This document shows positions 1 through 8,268 of a DNA stretch of 32,000 nucleotides, piece after piece. Below the pieces are notes generated by a model. The model was given only the letters and a program-made list of their open reading frames with translations. It searched no databases and was not told where the DNA came from. Positions within the stretch are counted from its first letter, which is position 1. Each line of letters starts with the position of its first letter. The stretch is from Methanothermobacter thermautotrophicus str. Delta H (GTDB lineage Archaea > Methanobacteriota > Methanobacteria > Methanobacteriales > Methanothermobacteraceae). A program made the translations under genes and the position numbers. Location: assembly GCF_000008645.1 (NCBI RefSeq), contig NC_000916.1:240001-272000 (forward strand), given 5' to 3'.

Positions 1-1182
1 GAAACCCTGGAGATACCAAGGGTGCCGCCAGGTCCAGGGACGGAGGTGAGGTCAGCCGACCCGGAGACCCTCGGGAGGATATTCGGGCGCGGAAACCTGA
101 CCCTCGGGAGGCTGCTCACAGCCGACGCACCATTCACTGTTGACATCAACCGCATGGTCACAAGGCACCTGGCGGTCCTTGCAGTCACAGGGGCGGGTAA
201 ATCCAACACCGTGGCGGTGATAGTGGACGGGCTCCTCAGGGCAGGGGGTACCGTCATAATCTTCGACATGCACTCAGAGTACGTCAACGCCAGGTTCACA
301 GGTGGAAGGGTTAACAGAATAGGGGCATCCATAAACCCTGCCCACCTCTCACTCAGAGAGATTAAGAGACTCAGCAACGTCAGGGATAACGCCTACGTCC
401 AGGAAAGGTACCTTGCAAGGGCCCACAGGAGGGTAAGGTCCGGGATGAAGGATGGCAGCTCATCACCAGCTGAATTCTTCAGGAGGATGGATGAGAAACT
501 GGATGAGCTTCTCTCAGAGAACAGCAGCGACAGGAGGAGCATAATCGATGTCCAGAACAAGCTGGAGCACATGCGTGAATCCTATGAGGAGATAATAGAC
601 CTTGAGTCTGAGGGGATAATTGAGAGGCTCAGATTAAACCATGTCAATGTGATCGACCTCGGCTCAGTGGATGAGACAGGTTCCGATGTCATTGTGAGTC
701 ATGTGCTCCAGGAGGTCCTCCAGAGCAGGAAGGAGTATCTCAGGCATGGAACTGGCCTTGAGACACCAGTATTCATGGTCCTTGAGGAGGCCCACATCCT
801 CGCACCCTCTGACCGGCCAACCGAGTCAAGGTACTGGATAGGCAGGGTCGCCAGGGAGGGGAGGAAGTTCGGGGTCGGCCTCTGTCTGGTGAGCCAGAGC
901 CCCAAGTCCCTTGACCATGAGGCCCTCTCCCAGGCCAACAATATGATCGTAATGCGCCTCATTGAACCCAATGACCAGCTGCATGTCCAGAGGGCCAGTG
1001 AGGCCCTCAGTGATGACCTCCTCTCACACCTCCCCTCACTGAACATCGGGGAGGCGGTTGTGGTCGGCCTCATGGCACCCTTACCGGCCATTGTGAGGAT
1101 AGAGGAATTTGAGGGTAAGCTCTCGGGCGGTGACCTTGACGTTGCCGGGATATGGAGTGGTATGCGGGTAGGGGATGAGTAG
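1..1182 (+). CDS. HerA-like / DUF87 (FtsK-HerA superfamily) P-loop ATPase, 5'-truncated by the window edge
   Basis: Frame 1 is open from nt 1; the ORF track begins at an internal GTG at nt 22. Walker A 'AVTGAGKSNT', Walker B 'VFMVLEEAH', then 'GLCLVSQSP' and 'IVMRL' fit the HerA/DUF87 pattern. The N-terminal domain normally preceding Walker A is missing, so the gene starts upstream of the window. Confidence 0.75.
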   Translation, partial: ETLEIPRVPPGPGTEVRSADPETLGRIFGRGNLTLGRLLTADAPFTVDINRMVTRHLAVLAVTGAGKSNTVAVIVDGLLRAGGTVIIFDMHSEYVNARFTGGRVNRIGASINPAHLSLREIKRLSNVRDNAYVQERYLARAHRRVRSGMKDGSSSPAEFFRRMDEKLDELLSENSSDRRSIIDVQNKLEHMRESYEEIIDLESEGIIERLRLNHVNVIDLGSVDETGSDVIVSHVLQEVLQSRKEYLRHGTGLETPVFMVLEEAHILAPSDRPTESRYWIGRVAREGRKFGVGLCLVSQSPKSLDHEALSQANNMIVMRLIEPNDQLHVQRASEALSDDLLSHLPSLNIGEAVVVGLMAPLPAIVRIEEFEGKLSGGDLDVAGIWSGMRVGDE

Positions 1183-1249
1183 TTTGCTGCCGCATCTCCA
1201 TGTCTTTGGGGGTAAAGGATAAGTATCTTGATGTGTAAAGTATTCTACA

Positions 1250-1684
1250 GTGGTATTCATGACAGAGTCAGATTTTAGGGATTTCTATGATGTGCTTGTT
1301 GAAAACCTTGAATCATATAATGGGGAGTACGCATCCTTCATAGATTACGGGCCGAAACTCTTCAAGTTACTCACGGATTTTCTGGGCTATGAGCACCTTA
1401 AAGGCCAGCTTAAACTTAAGATTAGCGCTGCAATAGCCTACTACGTTGTTCCCATGGACATCATACCGGAGACAGTATACGGTGCATATGGCTACATCGA
1501 CGACATATTCATAACAGCATACGTTATAAGGATCCTGGCGGACGTTTACGGCTATGATCTACTCTCAGAGTACTGGGATGGGAAGGATGACCTTGAGGAG
1601 GTCGTCGAGCTCTGCTATGAGAGGTCAAAGGATGTCCTGAGGGATAAAACCAGTGATGTTCTGGATTATGTGGGGTTGCTCTGA
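1250..1684 (+). CDS. DUF1232 (YkvA-like) small protein, function unknown
   Basis: 144-aa ORF with GTG at 1250 and first ATG at 1259. The core 'YYVVPMDIIPETVYGAYGYIDDIFITAYVI' matches the D-x-IP...G-Y-x-DD signature I associate with DUF1232. Confidence 0.6.
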   Translation: MVFMTESDFRDFYDVLVENLESYNGEYASFIDYGPKLFKLLTDFLGYEHLKGQLKLKISAAIAYYVVPMDIIPETVYGAYGYIDDIFITAYVIRILADVYGYDLLSEYWDGKDDLEEVVELCYERSKDVLRDKTSDVLDYVGLL

Positions 1685-3892
1685 TCAGCTATTCTCAGGA
1701 ACCCTGTTCTCCCATTTCATATCTTCAAGGACTCCGAGGACGTTTCCAAGGGATTGCTTCTCTACACTGATTTCAATCAGAAGTTCGAAGCACTCATCAT
1801 CCCTGAGGATCATGCACTTCTTCATTGAGGGTATGAGGTCCCTCAGTTCATTCATGGTCTCAATGACAACGTTACCGCTCACAATACAGTTCATCATGAG
1901 GTTGAGGTTTTCGCCGTCAGGGTTTATGTAGAGTATCTCCTTCCTCTGGACACCATTATCTTCAGGTTCTTCCTTTAATGCTTCCTTCTCTGGTTCTATC
2001 AGGAGTTCTGTTTCTATGGTCTCTCTTGTGGGTTGTTCTGCCGGGGTTTCTGTTATAGGTTGTTCTGTTTCGAGGGTCTCTGTTGTGGGTTGTTCTGCCG
2101 GGGTTTCTTTTTCTGGTTCTGTTTCTAGGGTTTCTGTTATAGTTTGTTCTGTTTCTGTGATTTCTTTTTCTGGTTCTGTTCCCGGTTTCAGGGTTTCCCC
2201 TTCTGTTTCAATGTGTCTGAGGTAGAGCTCCTCGATCCCGGGGTTGCGTTTGAGGATGAATCCGTCGGGGGTTTCCTCCAGGAGGTCGTGGTCCTGGAGG
2301 GTCCAGATATTGGCGCGGAGGAGCTGAGGGTCATCAAAGGATTCCAGGAGGTCCTCCTCCCGGAAGGGTCCCTTCCCTGCGACTTTCCCGATCTCTGTGA
2401 ATATCTCCCATGCAACTATTTTAGCATAGCATTCCCGGCATTCCTCCCGCTTCCCATCAGAGTTACTGTGGAACTCTGACCTCTTCAGTGTCCTGCCACA
2501 TAGGGGGCATGTCCTCATCATCTTGGATTCTGATGGAAGCTCCCCCTCACCGTAGGCGTCATGGAAGGCCCTCAATTCCTCGTCGGGTTTCAACCTGTAG
2601 GTTTCAAGGGCAGGGTCGTTCTCAATGAGGTCAAAGTCCTGCAGGATCCAGATGTCAGCCATAACCCCCATCCTTTCATTCTCATCATCTATTATATCAT
2701 CGACGGTGAATTCCACTCCCGGTTCAACCAGCCTCCTTATCCTTACGAGGGCGTCTGCGGCGCAGCACTTCCTTGAGCATTCCCTGCACCTGGGGTCTTC
2801 TCCGTCCTTCAGCTGGAACTCTGTGACCGGTAGGGTCTCCCCACATATTGAGCATTCCAGTTCACCACCCTCAGGAGCCTCCTCCACCCCTGGGGCCACA
2901 GGTTCCTCTGTCTCAGGTCTGCACCTTTTTAGCTCCACGTTCTCTATGATGAACCTCTGGAGCTTATCATCCGGTCCCAGCCGGCACATCCCTGATTCAT
3001 GGTCATAGTCCAGGAGGCCGAACTCATCGAGTATCCAGGTCATGGCGATGAATTTTGTCCTGTCGGGATCATCCATGCCGGATGTGTATTCATTCACGTT
3101 GAACTCATCGCCGGGTTTAAAGATTTGCAGGATCTCCTCAAGGGACTCAAGGGCATAGAGGGTCCTTGAGCATTCCCTGCAGATCCCCTGGCACCTTTCG
3201 GTTTCTGTCTCAAGTTCCGCCATGCACCCACGGCAGAGCTCAGAGTCACTGCCAGGTTTCAGGGGCGCATTCGGATCATCTTCCAGTTTAACAGGCTCAT
3301 CCCTGGTTTTTTCTGATTTATGAGATCCCAGTCCAATGTAAGCGTAATAGTCAGTTTCAGGAGCACCCGATTTTTCATTCAGGTTCTCACCATCTTCTTC
3401 AGTTGAATATGGTCTGGGGCCTGTTTCTTCAGTTGAATTCAATGATTCCCGGGTGCTTCCTTCCTCTTCTGATCCACTCAGAGGCTCTCCGGGTGTCCCG
3501 GATTTCCTGAGGAGTGATTTAACCGCTGAGTTGAACCCCATGTTGAGTTCCATGAATTCTTCACATTTCCCGGTGAGGACATATTTTCTGCCACTGAGTC
3601 CCTTAGATCCATGCCTTTTTATGAACCCCCACCTTAGGAGTTTCCAGAATAGTCCTGTTTCAAGGCCCCTTTCATTGAATTCCTTCAGACTGAAGGGCCC
3701 CATACCCTCCAGTGATTCGATGGCCCTTAAAATCAGGTATCTATCGTAGCATTCACTGCAGACACATATATCATCCACACTGCAGTTCTTGCATGATGAA
3801 TCAGATGATTCATTGCCACATGAAGGACATATGAGTTCACGGGACTCTCTACGGCAGAGGACACAGTTATTCATACGGCATACTCCCCTCAA
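1685..3892 (-). CDS. Four-fold Zn-ribbon repeat protein with acidic T/E/P repeat linker and unassigned C-terminal domain (hypothetical)
   Basis: 735-aa uninterrupted ORF. It has four Cys4 modules ('CVLCRR..CPSCG..CSEC', 'CRGC..CRECS', 'CSICG..CRECS', 'CPLCG..CRECY'). Each is followed about 60 aa later by a conserved W-x-L-x-D/W motif ('LFWKLLRWGF', 'MTWILDEFGLLD', 'DIWILQDFDLIE', 'NIWTLQDHDLLE'). I recognise no family. Confidence 0.7.
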   Translation of the reverse strand: MRGVCRMNNCVLCRRESRELICPSCGNESSDSSCKNCSVDDICVCSECYDRYLILRAIESLEGMGPFSLKEFNERGLETGLFWKLLRWGFIKRHGSKGLSGRKYVLTGKCEEFMELNMGFNSAVKSLLRKSGTPGEPLSGSEEEGSTRESLNSTEETGPRPYSTEEDGENLNEKSGAPETDYYAYIGLGSHKSEKTRDEPVKLEDDPNAPLKPGSDSELCRGCMAELETETERCQGICRECSRTLYALESLEEILQIFKPGDEFNVNEYTSGMDDPDRTKFIAMTWILDEFGLLDYDHESGMCRLGPDDKLQRFIIENVELKRCRPETEEPVAPGVEEAPEGGELECSICGETLPVTEFQLKDGEDPRCRECSRKCCAADALVRIRRLVEPGVEFTVDDIIDDENERMGVMADIWILQDFDLIENDPALETYRLKPDEELRAFHDAYGEGELPSESKMMRTCPLCGRTLKRSEFHSNSDGKREECRECYAKIVAWEIFTEIGKVAGKGPFREEDLLESFDDPQLLRANIWTLQDHDLLEETPDGFILKRNPGIEELYLRHIETEGETLKPGTEPEKEITETEQTITETLETEPEKETPAEQPTTETLETEQPITETPAEQPTRETIETELLIEPEKEALKEEPEDNGVQRKEILYINPDGENLNLMMNCIVSGNVVIETMNELRDLIPSMKKCMILRDDECFELLIEISVEKQSLGNVLGVLEDMKWENRVPENS
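2028..2185 (-). repeat. Intragenic tandem repeat, 57-bp (19-aa) period, about 2.8 copies, encoding the ETPAEQPT-TETLETE acidic linker
   Basis: 'gtgggttgttctgccggggtttct' occurs at 2028-2051 and again at 2085-2108. 'tttctttttctggttctgtt' occurs at 2104-2123 and again at 2161-2180. Both pairs are offset by exactly 57 nt. Confidence 0.8.
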
Positions 3893-4070
3893 TACAGTAC
3901 AATTTAATGTTTTTTCATGTACTTAAAGTATTCACATTCATAGGGTTATAAAAAAATTTATCTATCAATCCTCAGAAATCTTTAAATGTGTTTAATACCG
4001 GGAAGGGGGTTTTCAAATAAAACAGAAGAGACTGGTTCCCACCGGGAAGCCAGGATTCTGGCTTCACAGG

Positions 4071-4784
4071 GTGGATGATGATGTTCTTGAAGATATATCA
4101 GAGAACCTGGTGATCGGGTCGGTGAAGAGGAGGGGGAAGCTAATAAACGAAATACGTGCCGGTGACAGGATATTCATCTTCAGGGCCATACCACTGAATG
4201 GAAGGAGGACGCTCTCATTCGTCGCCTACACCATGGTGGATGAGGTCTACAGTTCCCCTGAGACCCTCTATGATTACTATGAATCCCCAAGGAAGCTGAA
4301 ACTCCGGGGGATAAAGTTCTTCAACCCACCATTACCACTGATAAAGTTCCGGGACAAACTTGTTTCTGTTGAACCTAAAAGATGGTCATCCACACTCAAA
4401 TCAGAGTACAGAAGGATAGATGAGCGTGACTTCAGGATCATACGCTCCCGGGCGAACTTCATAGACAGATTCCCTGCCTACCTTGAGGAGCTATCCTTCA
4501 GCATGGACGAATTCCTCATCAACTCCATCATGGGCCTCCACAGCTTACTCAGGAGGACCGATGGCAGGAAGCAGATGGAGATAAGGTCCTTCATAAAACT
4601 CCTCGACGAGTTCATCAGAACGTACGGTATCAGGAAGTCCTATGAGGAGCTGGAGGAATTCTACTCAGTAAACGCCTGGAGGACCGGAATCAAACATTAC
4701 CCTTCAAGGGATCCCGAGAGGATAGTGACACTCTACAACAGCAGAGGGGCTGGAAGAGACTTTGGACTGATATCCCTGGAATAG
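4071..4784 (+). CDS. Hypothetical protein, first gene of a three-gene operon; possible PUA/EVE/ASCH-like N-terminal barrel (weak)
   Basis: 237-aa ORF with a GTG start; there is no in-frame ATG before codon 55. The N-terminal 'VIGSVKRRGKLINEIRAGDRIFIFRA...LSFVAYTMVDEVY...LKLRGIKFFNPPLPL' resembles small PUA-like folds, and the C-terminal half looks helical. Its TAG stop (4782-4784) overlaps the GGAGG ribosome-binding site of the next gene. Confidence 0.6.
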   Translation: MDDDVLEDISENLVIGSVKRRGKLINEIRAGDRIFIFRAIPLNGRRTLSFVAYTMVDEVYSSPETLYDYYESPRKLKLRGIKFFNPPLPLIKFRDKLVSVEPKRWSSTLKSEYRRIDERDFRIIRSRANFIDRFPAYLEELSFSMDEFLINSIMGLHSLLRRTDGRKQMEIRSFIKLLDEFIRTYGIRKSYEELEEFYSVNAWRTGIKHYPSRDPERIVTLYNSRGAGRDFGLISLE

Positions 4785-4794
4785 GAGGCTTAGT

Positions 4795-6030
4795 ATGGAC
4801 GCAGAAAGGATTATAAACGCCCTTAAAAATGGTAACGTCCCCCCGGATGGTGTGGGTGAGATATGCGTTGGTCGTGAGAGGGAGATTGAGGAGTTCGACA
4901 AGATCCTCGGCAAGGTGAAGGAGGGAGCTGCCATAACAAGGTTCCTCAATGGAGAGTTCGGGTCGGGGAAGTCGTTCTTCCTGAAATTACTCGAAGGGAG
5001 GGCCCTGGCAGATAACTTCGTCGTGGCGAAGGTAACCCTCAGCCGTGACGTTCCCTTCAACAAGTTTGAGGTTGTATACAGGAATATCGTGGCTTCACTC
5101 CGCTGCAAGACCGGCGTATCCCTTGAGCATATAATCGAAAAATGGATCACACAGCTCCGGATGATGTCCCTAAGGGAGACCACGGACCCCTACCAGCAGG
5201 AGAGGATTGTGCTGGACAACATCAGCAGTGACCTGAATGAGGTCCGGAAACATTCAACCACCTTCGCAGCTGCAATCGAGAACTACTACAAACTTTCAGC
5301 CAGGGGTGACAAGGAGACAGCAAGGTACGCCATGGGCTGGCTCAGCGGAGAGAAGAACATCCCCTTCACCATAAAGAGGCAGTTCGGGGTCAAGGGGGAC
5401 ATTGACAGGGAGAACGCCTTCAAGTACCTGGAGGCCCTCTCATCGTTCCTCAGGGCACTGAAGTATTCGGGGCTGATTATACTCATCGACGAGGCAGAGC
5501 ACATAATGACCCTCCACACCAAGAAGCTCAGGGACACGGCCTACGATTACATGAGGTTCATATACGATGAGTGCAGCATTGGAAGATTCCAGAACACCCT
5601 CTTCATATTTGCAGGCACACCCGAGTTCTTCGAGGACCCGAAGCTTGGAGTGCCATCCTACACAGCCCTCAATGAGAGGATAGAGGACGCCATCAAAACA
5701 GAATTCAAGGACCTCAGAAAACCCATCATCAGACTTGACGGTTTCAGGAGGGAGAACCTCCATGAGCTCTCCGAGAGACTCATAGCCATGCACGAGGAGG
5801 TCTATGGATGGGAGGCCAACCCTGTGAGGGAATCCCTCGATGGCATAATCTCAAGGCATGAGGCCAACGCTGAACTGACAGGTTACATCTCCCCCAGGAA
5901 CTTTGTCAAGTCATTCATAAGTGTCCTGGATGTTGTACAGCAGAACCCTGAACTCCGTGGCGAGGCCGAAATCCTGGATCTCTTCGAGGAGAAGGAGATG
6001 GAATTTGAGGAGGATGAGGACTGGGTCTAG
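4795..6030 (+). CDS. P-loop ATPase, DUF2791 / BrxD-like (BREX BrxC/BrxD-type ATP-binding protein family)
   Basis: 411 aa, with GGAGG at 4784-4788, 6 nt upstream of the ATG. The N-terminus 'INALKNGNVPPDGVGEICVGREREIEEF' is followed by Walker A 'GEFGSGKSFF' and Walker B 'LIILIDEAEH'. The family call (PF10923) comes from remembered signatures, not a search. Confidence 0.65.
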   Translation: MDAERIINALKNGNVPPDGVGEICVGREREIEEFDKILGKVKEGAAITRFLNGEFGSGKSFFLKLLEGRALADNFVVAKVTLSRDVPFNKFEVVYRNIVASLRCKTGVSLEHIIEKWITQLRMMSLRETTDPYQQERIVLDNISSDLNEVRKHSTTFAAAIENYYKLSARGDKETARYAMGWLSGEKNIPFTIKRQFGVKGDIDRENAFKYLEALSSFLRALKYSGLIILIDEAEHIMTLHTKKLRDTAYDYMRFIYDECSIGRFQNTLFIFAGTPEFFEDPKLGVPSYTALNERIEDAIKTEFKDLRKPIIRLDGFRRENLHELSERLIAMHEEVYGWEANPVRESLDGIISRHEANAELTGYISPRNFVKSFISVLDVVQQNPELRGEAEILDLFEEKEMEFEEDEDWV

Positions 6031-6080
6031 TCCCCCCATCCAGTATCTGGCCGTGCCAGGCACGCACCGGGAGCATTCTC

Positions 6081-8189
6081 ATGTCTGCAGAATCCCTGAA
6101 CCCCCGCCTCAGGCACTTCCTCGCAAACAGGCTCGGGTGGAGGAGCCTGCGGGATGTGCAGAAATCCGCCCTTGAAGCCATAGGGAGGGGCGAGGACACC
6201 CTCATAGTGGCACCCACTGCATCGGGTAAGACAGAGGCGGCTTTAATCCCGGTATTCAACTCCATACTCAGCGAGGGCCTTCCACCGGTCAGCATGCTCT
6301 ATGTATCACCCCTCAAGGCCCTCATAAATGACATGCACAGCCGCCTTGAACTGTGGGGCAACCACTTCAACCTGGAGGTCATGAAGTGGCACGGTGACGT
6401 ACCGGCAAACAGGAAGAGGAGGTTCATTAAGAACCCATCAGACATCCTCCTCATAACACCCGAGTCCCTTGAGGTCATGATGATCAACAGGAGCCGGGCC
6501 GAGAAGGAGAGGATCCTTGGAAACCTCCGCTACATCATCGTGGATGAGATACACCAGTTCATAGAGGCTGACAGGGGTGTTCAGCTGAACTCCCTCCTGG
6601 CAAGGCTTGAGAGGTACACAGGGGTGAGGCCCCAGCGGATAGGCCTCTCTGCAACCGTAGGAAACCCTGAAGAGGTTCTGAACTGGATGAGCCCATCCGG
6701 AGCTGTTGTGAGGGATACTGCCGAGAGGAAGCTCCAGTACAGGATATTCGAGTTAAATCACCATAAACTGATTGAGGTGCTGAGGAGGTTCACAGGGAAG
6801 AAGGTCCTCATATTTGTACCCTCACGCAGGGACGCCGAGAAGTACTACAACATCATAAGGAAGTGCCTGGATGTTGATGTCTTCATCCACCACTCATCCA
6901 TTAACCGGGACTCAAGGGAGGAGGCCGAGGAGAGGTTCAGGTCAGTATCAGCGGCCTTCATGGTGAACACCAGCACCCTCGAACTGGGTATAGACGTGGG
7001 TGACATCGACGTGGTGATCCACATAAGGAGCCCCACCAGCGTGAACAGGTTCCTCCAGAGGACCGGGAGGAGCGGCAGAAGGAGGGGCCTTCAGAGGACC
7101 ATAATATTCCAGGAGAAGGAGGCTCTAACAGCCCTCTCAGTGGCGTCCCTGGCCCTATCAGGGAGGCTTGAGGATCTGAGGATCCCGGTGAGGCCCCTTG
7201 ACATATACTTCCACCAGATCCTCAGCTCGGTATTTGAACTTGAGAAGCCCACTCCAGGGGATATCTACAGGGGACTTGGCAGGGCACATGTATTCTCGGA
7301 TCTGGATGCCGACGACTTCAGGCACCTGGTTGAATTCATGGTGGAGAACGACTTCCTCAGGGTCCATGGCCCCTACATCCACCATGGATTCAACTTCGAG
7401 AAGACCTTCGGTAAGATGAACTTCCTGGAGTTCTACACGGTCTTCCCACCCAACTATGAGTTCACAGTTAAACACCGCACAAAGGTCATAGGCTCCCTTG
7501 ACTCCTTCTTTGTCGTCACCTACCTCAAGGTGGGCAGGGGATTCATACTGGGTGGTGAGAAGTGGGTGGTGAAGGATATAGACCATGAAAGGTTCATCGT
7601 GAGGGTCAAACCCTGCACCAGGGATGCTGAAATACCTGACTGGAGCAGTGGAGGCGCCCCCACCACCTTTGAGGTTGCAAGGCACGTCTACGATATACTC
7701 CTCGGGGACTTCGACAGGGGCCTCCTGAGGTGGCTCGACCCGGGATCACAGGCCCGGGTCCAGTCGTGCATGGAGATGGCCTCAGCTGAGGGTCTGGACC
7801 ATGGCATGATCCCGGTGCGTATCGGGGAGAGGATAGAAATCAACACCTTCGCCGGGGAGAGGGTTAACGCCCTCATCTCCGATGTGTTCCGCCTTGAGCA
7901 CGGGGTCCACGGTATCAGTAACAGTGCCTTCACCTCATCCTTCAGTGCCAGACTTGATTACCATGACATTGAATCCACCCTCCGGGATATACCAGCCATC
8001 ATCTCAGAGGAGGACTTCCTCCTCAGATTGGAGGATAACCTTGACAGGTTTGTTAAGAACAAGTTCATAGAGCACCTCCCCGGGGACGTGGCCGCACATA
8101 TGAGGTACAGCCTCCTCTACAGGCCCGATGAACTGCTCAGGCTCCTCCGGGATAATGGACCCGTGGAGGTCCATGACTTCAAACTCTAG
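6081..8189 (+). CDS. Lhr-like SF2 DEIH-box helicase (COG1201-type; BrxHI-like)
   Basis: 702 aa. Motif I 'APTASGKTEAA', Ia 'SPLKALIND', Ib 'TPESL', II 'VDEIHQF', III 'LSATVGN', VI 'QRTGRSGRR', plus a C-terminal extension of about 330 aa. GGGAG at 6069-6073 lies upstream of ATG 6081. Confidence 0.8.
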   Translation: MSAESLNPRLRHFLANRLGWRSLRDVQKSALEAIGRGEDTLIVAPTASGKTEAALIPVFNSILSEGLPPVSMLYVSPLKALINDMHSRLELWGNHFNLEVMKWHGDVPANRKRRFIKNPSDILLITPESLEVMMINRSRAEKERILGNLRYIIVDEIHQFIEADRGVQLNSLLARLERYTGVRPQRIGLSATVGNPEEVLNWMSPSGAVVRDTAERKLQYRIFELNHHKLIEVLRRFTGKKVLIFVPSRRDAEKYYNIIRKCLDVDVFIHHSSINRDSREEAEERFRSVSAAFMVNTSTLELGIDVGDIDVVIHIRSPTSVNRFLQRTGRSGRRRGLQRTIIFQEKEALTALSVASLALSGRLEDLRIPVRPLDIYFHQILSSVFELEKPTPGDIYRGLGRAHVFSDLDADDFRHLVEFMVENDFLRVHGPYIHHGFNFEKTFGKMNFLEFYTVFPPNYEFTVKHRTKVIGSLDSFFVVTYLKVGRGFILGGEKWVVKDIDHERFIVRVKPCTRDAEIPDWSSGGAPTTFEVARHVYDILLGDFDRGLLRWLDPGSQARVQSCMEMASAEGLDHGMIPVRIGERIEINTFAGERVNALISDVFRLEHGVHGISNSAFTSSFSARLDYHDIESTLRDIPAIISEEDFLLRLEDNLDRFVKNKFIEHLPGDVAAHMRYSLLYRPDELLRLLRDNGPVEVHDFKL

Positions 8190-8191
8190 TC

Positions 8192-8197
8192 TTTTTT
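8192..8197 (+). terminator. Oligo-T tract (T6) right after the helicase stop codon, a candidate archaeal intrinsic terminator
   Basis: The sequence 'tag t cttttttctg' follows the stop directly. Archaeal RNA polymerase terminates at T-runs. No experimental support. Confidence 0.35.
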
Positions 8198-8205
8198 CTG
8201 GACTA

Positions 8206-8235
8206 TGTTGCAGATGCAACAGTTGCAATGACAAC
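8206..8235 (+). promoter_or_regulatory. Palindromic operator candidate for the MarR regulator (GTTGCA half-sites)
   Basis: There is a perfect 7-2-7 inverted repeat TGTTGCA-ga-TGCAACA at 8206-8221. A second, imperfect one, GTTGCAa-TGaCAAC, follows at 8222-8235. Both abut the TATA box of the marR-MATE operon. Confidence 0.5.
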
Positions 8236-8236
8236 A

Positions 8237-8244
8237 TTTATATA
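8237..8244 (+). promoter_or_regulatory. Archaeal TATA box (TTTATATA) for the MarR-MATE operon
   Basis: Exact TTTATATA consensus whose 3' end lies 24 nt upstream of ATG 8269. This implies a leaderless or near-leaderless transcript. Confidence 0.55.
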
Positions 8245-8268
8245 TGTTTTCCCACCAGATAGATCAGC

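Noticed and set aside
1653-1931. 92-aa plus-strand ORF overlapping the 3' ends of both the DUF1232 gene and the Zn-ribbon gene
   Set aside because: It is an off-frame, Ser/Phe-rich sequence antisense to the well-supported 735-aa ORF, with no motifs.
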